The notes beneath the pieces were generated by a model. It did no database searches, had not been told where the DNA came from, and was given only the letters and a program-made list of their open reading frames with translations. A stretch of 64,000 nucleotides of DNA from Chrysomallon squamiferum (Eukaryota; Animalia; Mollusca): NCBI GenBank assembly GCA_012295275.1, contig CM022670.1, positions 25,172,001-25,236,000 of the forward strand, in the 5' to 3' direction. Each line of letters starts with the position of its first letter. Within the stretch, counting starts at the first letter, position 1. This document shows positions 26,241 to 36,239 of this stretch, piece after piece. The translations under genes were made by a program, and so were the position numbers.

Positions 26241-28184
26241 AAAAGAAAAAAAAAAAAAAACACAAAAAAAATAAACAAATAAATAACACAGAAAAGCATT
26301 TGAAAGTGGGCAAAATCAGTTTAATATTGTAATAACAGTATAAACAAAAATACCAGAACGAGCCAAAAATTTCCTTGCTATTGTTACAGTTACTGAGATT
26401 GTCGACTTTAATATATTTTTTTATTTTTTTAATAATGTTCACTTTTAAAGTGAGTGCAACATTTTTAACTCTTAGGTATTTTGCCAAATCGCATGTTGTT
26501 ACCGTATTAAACAAGGAAACAAAAAGAAATGCCACGAAGTACATAACCTCGGAAGAATATCGTTAAAAGCCACCACGGGAAAAACCCTCCAAAAAACAAT
26601 GCATTGTATAGGTAAATGATAAACACTATTCTTGCAGTATAACACAGTTCAAGTTCAAGATCGTTTTTGTTATTGTTCAGGAGAGCAGGCCAAATATATA
26701 AACATTTCGGATGTATTCCATATACATTCTAGATGAAAATATTATATAAAAAATATATTTACTAATATATTTTGTGGAAGGAGAATGAGATAGAGAGTTT
26801 TTAAACCCGTATGTAATAAATGCTACAATAGCTGTTCCAGATTTATATTATTTTTATTACTTCTACTACTTGTTATAATACTGTTAGAAATAAAAATAAA
26901 TAAAAAAAAATAAAGTAATGATAATTATAATAAATACACGCCTAACAGTTATCATGGACGTCTAATTCAGATGAGTGGCGATGGGGAAATTCAGACAGAA
27001 AGGTGCGCAAATTTTGGGCAAAGCAAAATGGAAACAGTATTTATTATGTGTTTACTAGAAATTTTCGTGTTTTTGTATGATTAAAATTCCGGGCAAATCA
27101 AACCCTTTGCTTCCCTTAACCTAAGAGTGCCCGCGTGTCCACGACGATTAAGATGATAGTAAGTGCACACGTCAACGTTTCAAGAAATGACCTCGCTACC
27201 GATACGTCCCTGACCGGAAGAACACCTTGACCCCACTCAAACGTACGTAATTTCCAAGCGTTACCATATCCGAATAAACATGTGCCCTGTTTCCTGTTTC
27301 TCTCAGATAAGCTGTCGTTTTCAAGGACGACTTGGAACGAAAGTGTCGCTCATTGTTCATTTAGTGTAAATATAGACACGATTAGTTCAAGAGATCTATT
27401 TCAGTATCTCAGTGTGTGTCTGTGTGTGTCTGTCTGTGTGCGTGCGTGCGCACTCTGTGACAATGTATATGTGCCATAATACATACATACATAAAATATT
27501 ATTAGACCATATAAACACCTAAAAATACGAATGTGTGTGTATTTATCTGGTCTAATAATTTTTCTTTATTATTTATTTTTATTTCATATACACAAACAGC
27601 CACATAGATACAGACAGAAAGACAGATAAATAGATATATGAAAGTCTGTCATGGAGAAAATATTGTTCGATGGTGATACGAATTAATGAAGAAATAAATT
27701 ACAGAATAGTAACACAAGTTATCAATATCTGAAAACAATATATTTTAAATGAAATAGAGCCCCGTAATTTCTAATAGAAATAAAATACTATTTAGCTCGG
27801 AGTTTTTTTTATGCAACTCTACCAGAACAATTAGAGAAGAAGGAGAAGAAGAAGAAGAAGAAGACGACGAAAAGAGGAATAATAAAAAATTTAAAAAGAA
27901 AGACAATCATTTCGGTCTCCTATAATATATTAATCTTTTGTAAGACCTGATAAAATTTATACTGATAATTTAAAATTATGACACTGCAAAAATGGTAACT
28001 GTGGTTGATATCCAGGCCAGTTTGGCACTCAATACAAAATGACATAATGTAGCTAATTTAGGTAAATTCATGCATAATATATACAGATCTATGAAAAATA
28101 TAATTCAATATATAAACAAACAACCATTAATAAATGAAAGTATCAATAAATAAATAAATAAATAAAAGAATAATAACTTACCAT
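1124..28184 (-). CDS. TEP: Thioester-containing protein (invertebrate TEP / CD109-like, alpha-2-macroglobulin family), spliced gene model, ~1452 aa
   Basis: 38 coding exons with consistent phase and no internal stops (4359 nt including stop, using the 45-nt bait exon). Family motifs: signal peptide, [93 protein letters not shown], Cys-rich tail. The first and last exons are the least certain. Confidence 0.95.
2769..2860 (-). CDS. TEP: TEP exon 37, Cys-rich tail ([11 protein letters not shown])
   Basis: C-terminal cysteine signature of invertebrate TEPs; gtaagt donor, or read-through to TAA at 2739-2741. Confidence 0.88.
3365..3467 (-). CDS. TEP: TEP exon 36 (...VTVQSYYDP)
   Basis: YYDP motif. 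Confidence 0.94.
3975..4122 (-). CDS. TEP: TEP exon 35 ([14 protein letters not shown]...YFDQ), receptor-binding/MG8 domain
   Basis: M...E...PSGF and YFD motifs. Confidence 0.95.
4135..4335. repeat. Degenerate ~35-40 bp tandem repeat (ttaactttcattgataatagatctaggtttgtttattaact)
   Basis: 4-5 imperfect copies visible. Confidence 0.7.
4829..4941 (-). CDS. TEP: TEP exon 34 (IGLFYNI...LMTCA)
   Basis: YN and C..Y motifs, gtgagt donor. Confidence 0.92.
5472..5534 (-). CDS. TEP: TEP exon 33 (...[10 protein letters not shown])
   Basis: G.G.A motif, AG/GT ends. Confidence 0.92.
5876..6025 (-). CDS. TEP: TEP exon 32 ([12 protein letters not shown]...)
   Basis: DTVVAL.AL motif. Confidence 0.96.
6753..6961 (-). 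CDS. TEP: TEP exon 31 (HW...TSYVLL...[12 protein letters not shown])
   Basis: QRN..GGF.S.Q motif. Confidence 0.96.
7270..7447 (-). CDS. TEP: TEP exon 30 (KALLYLE...[10 protein letters not shown]), GC donor
   Basis: Y.LA..AYA motif; frame requires G|GCAAGT donor. Confidence 0.92.
7750..7872. mobile_element. Decayed SINE-like fragment
   Basis: 'cagtagtggagcactagtcggaattagaaatagctca' resembles, from memory, a tRNA-derived gastropod SINE; a weaker similar stretch lies near 16700. Not verified by search. Confidence 0.35.
8061..8141 (-). CDS. TEP: TEP exon 29 (...[10 protein letters not shown])
   Basis: LTAYVL.AL motif. Confidence 0.94.
8532..8688 (-). CDS. TEP: TEP exon 28 (LTAFVLKSF...[15 protein letters not shown])
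   Basis: WLTAFV motif, G.F.E.G motif. Confidence 0.96.
9136..9217 (-). CDS. TEP: TEP exon 27 ([19 protein letters not shown]...STW)
   Basis: GYQR and DGSFSAFG motifs. Confidence 0.97.
9669..9845 (-). CDS. TEP: TEP exon 26 carrying the thioester motif GCGEQ (9775-9789)
   Basis: GDLLG...[21 protein letters not shown]. Confidence 0.98.
10296..10437 (-). CDS. TEP: TEP exon 25 (PEGVKRE...VPGSERL)
   Basis: PEG and VPGS motifs. Confidence 0.95.
10881..11009 (-). CDS. TEP: TEP exon 24 ([15 protein letters not shown]...[10 protein letters not shown])
   Basis: DAV...LLV motif; its acceptor is the last unit of the minisatellite. Confidence 0.92.
11003..12281. repeat. Minisatellite with 41/38/18-bp unit variants (cagttatcacctacaacacaattacaacatattacaacaca), ~33 units
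   Basis: Direct periodicity; explains the spurious ORFs 10942-11900. Confidence 0.97.
12528..12629 (-). CDS. TEP: TEP exon 23 ([11 protein letters not shown]...)
   Basis: AG/GT ends, phase 0. Confidence 0.88.
13253..13366 (-). CDS. TEP: TEP exon 22 ([21 protein letters not shown])
   Basis: FF..L.LP.S..RGE motif. Confidence 0.96.
13938..14055 (-). CDS. TEP: TEP exon 21 ([13 protein letters not shown]...GLGV)
   Basis: PDTITSW hallmark motif. Confidence 0.96.
14492..14588 (-). CDS. TEP: TEP exon 20 (...[11 protein letters not shown])
   Basis: FPETWLW hallmark motif. Confidence 0.96.
15331..16032 (-). mobile_element. Internally deleted Tigger/pogo (Tc1-mariner superfamily) DNA transposon, 702 bp
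   Basis: 19-bp perfect TIRs CAGTGGTACCTTGACTTAC...GTAAGTCAAGGTACCACTG. TA on the left and CA (mutated TA) on the right. Carries a remnant CENP-B/psq-type HTH: [33 protein letters not shown]. Confidence 0.9.
16051..16095 (-). CDS. TEP: TEP bait-region cassette exon 19b, 45 nt ([15 protein letters not shown])
   Basis: poly-T + TAGTAG (NAGNAG) acceptor, gtaagt donor, phase 1 to 1, stop-free. Confidence 0.75.
16141..16200 (-). CDS. TEP: TEP bait-region cassette exon 19a, 60 nt ([20 protein letters not shown])
   Basis: ctctttactactacag acceptor, gtaagc donor, phase 1 to 1, stop-free. Confidence 0.7.
16444..16522 (-). CDS. TEP: TEP exon 18 (NAGVIALTD...), start of bait region
   Basis: AG/GT ends, ends in phase 1. 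Confidence 0.9.
16856..16957 (-). CDS. TEP: TEP exon 17 (VLDELKTYD...DTFK)
   Basis: V..EL..YD motif, AG/GT ends. Confidence 0.9.
17193..17342 (-). CDS. TEP: TEP exon 16 (...[18 protein letters not shown])
   Basis: AVDQSVLLL motif. Confidence 0.95.
17721..17912 (-). CDS. TEP: TEP exon 15 (IISRGK...[12 protein letters not shown])
   Basis: SRG and GEIVADS motifs. Confidence 0.95.
18452..18514 (-). CDS. TEP: TEP exon 14 ([21 protein letters not shown])
   Basis: AG/GT ends, phase 0. Confidence 0.9.
18901..19005 (-). CDS. TEP: TEP exon 13 (AYYKDIY...SRSKTYMQV)
   Basis: S.S..Y.Q motif, AG/GT ends. Confidence 0.9.
19520..19747 (-). CDS. TEP: TEP exon 12 ([10 protein letters not shown]...)
   Basis: DG.P motif, 76 codons, AG/GT ends. 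Confidence 0.92.
20488..20715 (-). CDS. TEP: TEP exon 11 (IDGEQKF...VTEELTG...FKPGLPF)
   Basis: FKPGLPF motif, AG/GT ends. Confidence 0.95.
20815..20870. repeat. (CA)n microsatellite
   Basis: Direct. Confidence 0.95.
21272..21380 (-). CDS. TEP: TEP exon 10 (YTFGKPVKG...)
   Basis: YTFGKPV motif, phase 2 to 0. Confidence 0.92.
21894..21978 (-). CDS. TEP: TEP exon 9 ([14 protein letters not shown]...)
   Basis: LPKFE motif, AG/GT ends. Confidence 0.95.
22118..22198. repeat. (AG)n microsatellite
   Basis: Direct. Confidence 0.95.
22271..22313 (-). CDS. TEP: TEP exon 8 ([14 protein letters not shown])
   Basis: F.V..Y motif preceding LPKFE, gtaagt donor. Confidence 0.88.
22736..22867 (-). CDS. 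TEP: TEP exon 7 ([10 protein letters not shown]...GNWKISV)
   Basis: DP..N.I..W and G.W.I motifs, AG/GT ends. Confidence 0.92.
23060..23130 (-). CDS. TEP: TEP exon 6 ([15 protein letters not shown]...)
   Basis: AG/GT ends, phase 1 to 0. Confidence 0.9.
23496..23652 (-). CDS. TEP: TEP exon 5 (...[16 protein letters not shown])
   Basis: A2M-family QTDK-YKPG motif, AG/GT ends. Confidence 0.95.
23993..24220. repeat. 22-bp tandem repeat (ttaatatttcatagaacagaac), ~9 degenerate copies
   Basis: Direct periodicity. Confidence 0.85.
24620..24645 (-). CDS. TEP: TEP exon 4, 26-nt microexon (GEHKTVTLK)
   Basis: ctttgtag acceptor, aag|gtatag donor; needed to bridge phase 1 to 0. Confidence 0.85.
25193..25371 (-). 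CDS. TEP: TEP exon 3 ([18 protein letters not shown]...)
   Basis: AG/GT ends, phase 2 to 1, MG1-type start. Confidence 0.9.
25633..25709 (-). CDS. TEP: TEP exon 2, signal peptide [25 protein letters not shown]
   Basis: ttccag acceptor, gtgagt donor, hydrophobic core. Confidence 0.85.
28182..28184 (-). CDS. TEP: TEP coding exon 1 (ATG only; exon probably spans 28182-28271)
   Basis: aaaATG|GTAAGT donor, in frame with the next exon (M-RSHAMMFL); tttttatcag acceptor at 28272. Confidence 0.55.
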
Positions 28185-28382
28185 TTTTGATTTCGTAGCG
28201 GCTTAGAATGACTGAATATATTTTGAAACCTATAGAATTAAAAAAAATATAAAATAATTCTGTCTCTTCAGCTGATAAAAAAAAAAATAACACTCTGAAG
28301 GTCCGAGTCAAGATGTAGAGAATTCCCCCAGTGGACGGGAATCAAGATGTCACAGCCGAACACGCACACAGTCTAGATTCAC

Positions 28383-28440
28383 CTGTCCCGGGACTGCTGA
28401 CTAGTGACCACCAGCCGCCAGAAATGTTGCGTTATATACA
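28383..28440 (-). promoter_or_regulatory. Candidate TEP core promoter and short first non-coding exon
   Basis: TATATAA at 28432-28438 on the minus strand, pyrimidine-CA initiator-like site ~30 nt downstream, CAG|GTGAAT donor at 28382; locally CpG-rich. Confidence 0.45.
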
Positions 28441-28690
28441 CAAGTGAGCGCGTCATTGCGCCACCAACAGGATATGACCTGATAACCCTCTTCTGATGAC
28501 AACATGATTGTTATATTCTGTGGTATCACTTAACAACTACGTTTTCCAGTTTGCCGGTGTCAAGCTTTGCCTGGCTCTGGAAATGCAGCTGTTGTAGATT
28601 GGAATGACTTGTCCTGTAACAATGTATGCTTGTTTATCTGAATTCAGTTTGTTATTTTGCGCGTATCCATTTCTTCGGTCGGAATTAGTA

Positions 28691-28697
<7 letters not shown>

Positions 28698-28746
<49 letters not shown>
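28698..28746. repeat. (GT)n microsatellite
   Basis: Direct. Confidence 0.95.
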
Positions 28747-28747
<1 letters not shown>

Positions 28748-29079
28748 TTTATAAATGATTAGTTCACTTGACTTCTTTTTTTTAAAATTATTATTATTTT
28801 TTTGTTTTAACATATTACATCACAGTGTGATAACTGTAGAAATAACAATATTGTTATATATTATTTTCTAGGTTATAGAACAAGACTTTTGGTTTAAAAC
28901 AGTTTTAATAATCTTTTCATATAAACATGAGCTCATTACGGTAAAAACATTCACACATGGCGATACGTGCTCGTTAATTTTCTCGGATTAGACCTTGGAA
29001 TATTAATCATTGTATTTTAGTCCGTGCCATACTTGGTGTGTAGGTATGAATGTCTCAGAGAAAGAGAAAGAGCGATAAA

Positions 29080-29084
<5 letters not shown>

Positions 29085-29138
<54 letters not shown>
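29085..29138. repeat. (GA)n microsatellite
   Basis: Direct. Confidence 0.95.
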
Positions 29139-29141
<3 letters not shown>

Positions 29142-30212
29142 AAACGACCTGACAGAAACAGTCAGGTAAATGTCGCATGAAAATTTACGTTTGCACTCAA
29201 AAATAAACTTATCTATTCTCCTTTACTTTTGCAATTGTCTAATATTCTTTTGAGTCTACTTTAGGAGAAGTGTAATTTAATATTTGCGAAATTAATACAC
29301 CCTGATAATATCTTTAGCTGACACTGTTTAAAATAATACGATTTTAAATCTGATGTAAATCAGTCAACGCGTACACTTTACACACTTCAACACTTCATTT
29401 AAAAACACAGATATTTTAAAGAATAGTTTAGCGTTTTTGTTGAAAGGCTTTGCAAAATTTACAGTTCGTTAACTGTTCTTTGAAAATAACGATTTGGCTG
29501 TTGTCGTTTAACGTTCTCGAAATGTCTCGTAGATTTATATAAATCTTCATCTTGATTCAGCTTGCTGGCATTCAACGGTTTTGCTGTTTGAATTCTTCAT
29601 CGAACTGAAAAAGAAGATTATAATACATTTTTTTTTTTTTTTTTTTAATTTAGTTTTTTAAACTCCATATAATTGATATTCATATTTTCATTCGTAATAA
29701 AATGGGAATAACATTAACGTATATTTGAAAAGTTCCAAATTTGATCTTACTAGGACAAAATAAAATATTTTAAAAGCACCATGAAACATATCAAGAATTT
29801 AAAATAAATATAAAAGTCAGCAGTGTTATCAAAAGACAACTCAGTTTAAAACATTTTAATTCATATAAATTCTACACTAAATACACGTACAACTCGACAG
29901 ATAATCATTTAAACAACAAACTAAACATTGAAAAAGAAACGGTCTTTGAGTTCTGAAAAATTTCTTCTGAAGGTCAGCTTTCACTTTAAGATGCGATTAC
30001 TTACTTAAAGGCGGATTTTAAAAAAAATATTTTTTTCTGTGGGGAGCTACTCAGTTTTACCTAGATCCATAACTAGCATAAAAAGGAGGGGGGGTGAAGA
30101 ACAATAGAAAAAAAATAAAAAAAATAAAAGAAAGAGAAATAATAATACTAAAAATAATAATAACATAAAATAAATAAAATGAAAATATACTCATTCATGC
30201 AAAAAAGACTGA

Positions 30213-30275
<63 letters not shown>

Positions 30276-31304
30276 AGGAAAGAAAAAGCCACTCTAGCTA
30301 CACGAAAACCCAAAATACATTCGAGTTTAAAATATCTTTACAACAAAACGTTATTCTAGCGAGAGCTTCAGCAAGGAGTTAAAACTCTATTAGTCCTTAT
30401 CTACGTAAGGCATAATCTTGATATTAAATCAGATGTTGATAACAGTAGATATAAAAAACATCGTAAATGTTGCTAAATTTACATTTTACACCATTTTTAT
30501 TATCAGGATAATGTAATGTTGTTTTCATTTGTTGCTTATTTTTGTAAATTTGTTCAATAATTTAGGTGCTTGATTAAATTTAATTTTCAGAACAATAGAT
30601 TTGTTTGCATCATTTTCATTCAACTGTTTTTACAGTGATTGTCAGTAAATCTTCTAATGCTGCTGTTCAATGTAAATAAGATTCTTTCTTTACCTGTAAT
30701 ATCACAGGATGTTTGATTAAAACAACAGGTGTTTTCTGGGAAAATAAAAGAATTTGTGAAAGGAATGTACAACAAGTGCCTGAGAACCGACTGAAAGTGT
30801 AAGATTACACTCGTGTAAATGTAACCAAAGCCAGATTCAAATCAAACTAAATCAGCAAATTTACTGTTATTATTAGTATTGATGGATGAAGGATTTAGTT
30901 AATAAATTTGAAATGCTTCCCGAATATGGTAAATGTAAACAAACATTATATTATTGCTGGCAGAAGGGAGTTATTACATAATTAAGACTCATTCAGATGG
31001 AAAGAGGAGAATTTTAACAACTTGCAGCCGTTATTTTGAAACCTGTTACGATATTTCGTCTAAAATGAAATATTCATCGACGATACCAATTTTGCAAGCA
31101 GTAGGCGCCATGGAGATTTATATCACGGTAACGATAAATTAGAGTCTTTATAATTAAACAAACAAAACAAAGCGCTGTTTATTTTTACTATTTATTAATT
31201 AACTTTTTAAAATCATTTTTCATAATATCTGAGATGTAAATTTAAAGATAATACAATTTTTGAAAATGAATACGTATGTAAAAAGCATCGATTAACTTTG
31301 TTTC

Positions 31305-31357
31305 TGACGTCATCATTTCCCAGAACGAAATAGGACGCAAATAATTGATTGACGTCA
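31305..31357. promoter_or_regulatory. Paired CRE/ATF sites (TGACGTCA x2), repeated in all five units
   Basis: Perfect TGACGTCA at 31305, 31350, 37767, 37813, 45855, 45900, 49737, 49782, 52838, 52883; function is inferred. Confidence 0.5.
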
Positions 31358-31929
31358 TTCACAACAAACACACAGTTGCGGTTTGGGCAGGGCAGAGTAT
31401 TTCACCTCGTGATTGTAGTTTGAACAAGAGAATATTTCTGTAAGTTAAACATTTCTTTATAGACGAAAAATATAAACTGAAAATTACTCGTTCTGACACA
31501 CTATTTACTGTATTATAAGATTTAAAATCAAAATAATATTCTTGGAGAGACATATTTTCACGAAACGTTTGGGTATATGTTTTTGCATTCTAGAGAGAGA
31601 GGATGGGGATATACATGCGTATGTGGAAGATAAAGTGCATGTGCATGGTTATGTGTGTTGATGTGTGGGTATGCATGCGAATATGAAAGTAGGAGTGGGT
31701 GTATACGTTTGTATGTGTAAGAATGTGGGTATATATTTTTGTGTTGTAGACTCAAAAGTTGGGTATATAAATGTATTTGTGGAAAAGTGTGTATGTGCAC
31801 TTGCAAGGCTATGTGTGTTGCTGTGTGGGTATGCATGCCAATGTGAAAGTAGGAGTGGGTATATACGTGTGTAAATGCAAGAAAGTGTGGTTATATGGTT
31901 TGGGGTTTTCAGACAGAGAGAATGGGAGT

Positions 31930-34900
31930 ATATATGTGTAAATTTGTGGAAAAGACAGTGTGCATGTTTGATAGGGTTGGGTAAGTAGGCTAAAATTAAA
32001 TATGTGGTAGGTATAGGAGTGGAAAAGACAGTGTGCATATGAGTCAGGGTGGGTAACTAGGCTAATGTTAAAGAAGTAGTGGGTATATATGTGAAAAAGA
32101 CAGTGTCATTTGAGTTAGGGTGGGTAACTAGGGTAATGACAGAGATGTAGTAGGTATATATGAGTGGGAAGGATAGTATACATGTGACCTAAGGTGAGGA
32201 AAAACGTTCAAGATTTCATGGGTATATGTGTGGAAAAGACAGTGTGCATGTGAGTTAGGAGGGGTAAGTAGGCTAATGTTAAACATGTAGTAGGTATACG
32301 TGTGGAAAAGAGAGTGTGCACGTGACCCAAGGTGGGTAAAAAGGCTAATATTAAAGATGTAGTAAGTAAATGTGTGGAAAAAACAGTGTGCAAGTCAGTT
32401 AGGGTGGGTAAGTAGGCTAATGTTACAGATATAGTTTCTATATGTGTGGGAAAGACAATGTGGATGTGAGTTAGTATCGGTAACTTGCCTAATGTTAAAG
32501 ATGTAGTGGGTGTTTGTGTGGAAAAGACAGTTTGCTTGTGAGTCAGGAGGGGTAAATGGGATTAGGTTAAGTGTGTAGCTGGTTATGCGTGCAAAAGACA
32601 GTGTGTATATGAGTTAGGGTGCATAAGTAGGCTAAGGGTTGAGGTTAAAGAAGTAGAGGGTATATGTTTGGAATTGATAGTGTGCATATACTTTAGGCTG
32701 GGTAAGTAGGCTAATGTTAAATATGTAGTAGGTATAGGTGTGTGTAAAACAGTGTACGTGACGTAAGGTTGGTAAACAGGGTAATGTTAAAGATGTAGTG
32801 GGTACCTGTGTAGAAAATACAGTGTGGAGTTCAGCTAGGATTGTTAAATAGACTAATTTTAAAGATGTAGTGCCTTAATGTTTGGAAAAGACAGTGTGCA
32901 TTAGAGTCAGGATGGGTAAGGAGGATAACGTTAAAGATGTAGTAGGTATAGGTGTGGGAAAAACAGTGTGTACGTGATATAGGGTTGGTAAATAGGCTAA
33001 TGTTATAGATGCAGTGGATGTATGTGTAGAGAATACGGTGTGGACGTGAGCTAGGGTGGGTAAGTAGGCTAATTTTAAAAATGTTGTGCGTTAATATTTG
33101 GAAAAGACAGTGTGCATATGAGTTAGGTTGGGTAACAAGTCTAATGATAGAGATGTAGTAGGTATGGGTGTGGGAAAGACAGTGTGCACATGAATAAGAG
33201 TGGGAAAGTGGGCTAATGTTAAAGATGTAGTGGGTAAATGTTTAGAAAAGACAGTGTGCATTAGAGTCAGGATGGGTAAGTAGGCTAATGTTAAAGATGT
33301 AGTATGTATATGTGTGCGTATGACAGTGTGCACGTTTGTTAGGGTGTGTAAGTAGACTAATGTTAAAGATGTAGTTGGTGTACGTGTGGAAAAGACAGTG
33401 AGTATGTGAGTCAGGATGGGTAAGTAGGCTAATGTTAAAGATGTAGTGGGTATGTGTGTGCAAAAGACAGGGGGCATATGAGGTAACTAGGTAGCAAGGC
33501 TACAGATATGGTTTTTATGTGTGTGGGAAAGACAATGTGGATGTGAATTTTGGTGGGTAATAAGGCTAATGTTGAAGATATAGTAGGTATATAAGTGCAG
33601 AGGACAATGCATATGTGACTTTGGGTGGGTAATTAGGTTAATGTTACAGATATAGTTTTTATATGTGTGGAAAAGACAATGTGGATGTGAATTTTGGTGG
33701 GTAATAGGGCTAATGTTAAGATGTAGTAGGTATATGTGTGAGAAAACAGTGTGCTCGTGAGTTAGGGTAGGGAAATAGTTTAATGTTAAAGAACTAGTGG
33801 GTATATGTTTGGAAAAGATAGTGTACATAGTGAAAGATGTAGTGGGTATATGTGTGGGAATGACAGTGTGCACGTGAGGTAGGGTGGGTAAGTACGCTAA
33901 TTTTAAATATGTAGTGGGTACCTGTGTAGAAAATACAGTGTGGAGTTCAGCTAGGATTGTTAAACAGGCTAACTGTAAAGATGTAGTGCCTTATTGTTTG
34001 GAAAAGACAGTATGCATATGAGTTAGGGTGGGTAACAAGGCTAATGATAGAGATGTAGTATGTGTGTGAAAGAGAGTCTCCTAATGAGTAAGAGTGTGGA
34101 AGTGAGCTAATGTTAAAGATGTAGTGGGTATATGTTTAGAAAAGACAGTGTGCATGTGAGTCAGGATGGGTAAGTAGGCTAATGTTAAAGATGTAGTATG
34201 TATATGTGTGGAAAAGACAGCTTGCATGTGAGTCAGGATGGGTAAGTAGGCTAATGTTAAATATGTAGTAGGTATAGGTGTGGGTAAAACAAAGTACGTG
34301 ACGTAAGGGTGGTAAACAGGCTATTGTCTAAGATGCAGTGGGTACCTGTGTAGAAAATACAGTGTAGAGTTCAGCTAGGGTGGGTAAATAGGCTAATTTT
34401 AAAGGTTTAATGCGTTAATGTTTGGAAAAGACAGTGTGCATATGAGTAAGAGTTGGTAAGTTGGCTGATGTTAAAGATGTAGTTGGTAATGTTTTAAAAA
34501 GATGTGCATTAGTTGGATGTGTGTAATGTGTGGTATATGTGTGTCGAAAGACAGTTTGTAGATGTTAATGTTGTTAAAGGGTAGGTGTAAAAAAACAGTG
34601 TGGAAAGTCAGTTAGGGTGGGTAAGTAGGCTAATGTTAAAGATGTAGTAGGTGTTTGTTTGGTTATTGTCGGTAAAAATGCAGAAAGAGTTCTTTGGGTA
34701 TATGTGTGGAAAGGACAGATTGTTTGAGTCAGGATGGGTAAGTGGGATAATCTTAAAGACAGTGTAGATGTTAGTTGGTTTAATGTTAAAGATGTAGAGG
34801 GTGTTTGTTTGGAAAAGAGACAGTGTGTATATGAGTTTATGTGTGCAAAAGACAGTGTGTATATGAGTTAGGGTGTGTAACTTGGCTAGTGTTAAGGATG

Positions 34901-35265
34901 TAGTGTGTATATGTGTGGAAAAGACAGTGTTCCTGTGAGGTAGGATAGACTAATGTTAAATATGTAGTAGGTATATGTGTGGGAAATACATTGTGCATGT
35001 GTTTAGATTGGGTAAGTAGACTAATGTTAAAGATGTAGTGTGTATATGTGTGGGAAAGACAGTGTGCATCTGAGTTAGGATGGGTAAGTAGGCTAATGTT
35101 AAAGGTGTAGTGTGTATATGTGTGGGAAAGACAGTGTGCATCTGATTCATGATGGGTAAGTAGGCTAATGTTAAAGGTGTAGTGGGTATATTTGTGGGAA
35201 AGACAGTGTGCATGTGATTCATGATGGGTAAGTAGGCTAATGTTAAAGATGTAGTGGGTATGAAG
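31930..35265. repeat. 72-bp GT-rich satellite array, unit U1
   Basis: Consensus ggaaaagacagtgtgcatgtgagttagggtgggtaagtaggctaatgttaaagatgtagtgggtatatgtgt. Confidence 0.95.
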
Positions 35266-36239
35266 AGGGGTGGTTGTGATGTTTGTGGAGAAGAGTTTTA
35301 AAAGTTGATTAATACTACTGAAATAATGTAAGATCGTTTTATTTTAAAGTATTGTTAAGGAATTGTTAGTAGTTTGCTTTAAGTGCTGTATTTATAATTA
35401 TTTCTAACTCGTGGTAGATTTAAATTCAGTGTTTCGTGAAGAGTATGAATGTCGAGGAATAATTAGTCTGTAACCTTCCGTGACTCTGCCTTGACCTCAA
35501 CTGTGTGTTGGAAGGTTCAAAATCGGATTTTTAGTTTTTGAATTCTTTTATGAAACTTGGCATATATATTTATTATCTTTAAATATCCGATTTCTTTTAT
35601 TTTGATGAACTGCATAAATCTGCGTCGAAATTATTTTAGTATTTTTTATGTTTAGGTCGACGTTTCTAAATATATTTATTCACAGTATATGACACAAGAA
35701 CTCTACTTATATTTTATGGCATTAAAGAAATATATTTCTGTGCATTATTAAATTCATTGATTAAACAAGATGCATTTTTTTTTCATAATTTAGGATTCAG
35801 ATAATTTGATAAGTAATGTTGATGGTTCACTGAATAAATAAGAAAATTTATTTTTTATTTAATTTTCTGTGTTCTTTAATGAAATGTGAAATTACAATGT
35901 AAATCAGAAATGCATAGTTATATACAGATGAATTAATAGTTGCGTGAGTGAAATGAAGGGAAAGGTGAAATGAAAATATTAATTTTATAATTTCTTCTTA
36001 TAAAGAAATCAGAAATGTAGATAAATCTTATTAAATAAATTAAATAAACAAATAAATAAATAAATAAACAAATAATAAATAAATAAATAAATAAATAAAT
36101 AAATATATAAATGTTTTTAAAAATATTTTCAAATGATTTCTCTGTGTCGTATACTTTGAACCAAATTTGGATAAGTATCATTCCTCACCAATTAATCTTT
36201 AACAAAAATATTTCATAATTTAAACAAAGTAAGAATTTT

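Noticed and set aside
26960-27145. Degenerate MITE-like sequence (also 30007-30070)
   Set aside because: Only vague resemblance; no clear TIR or TSD could be delimited
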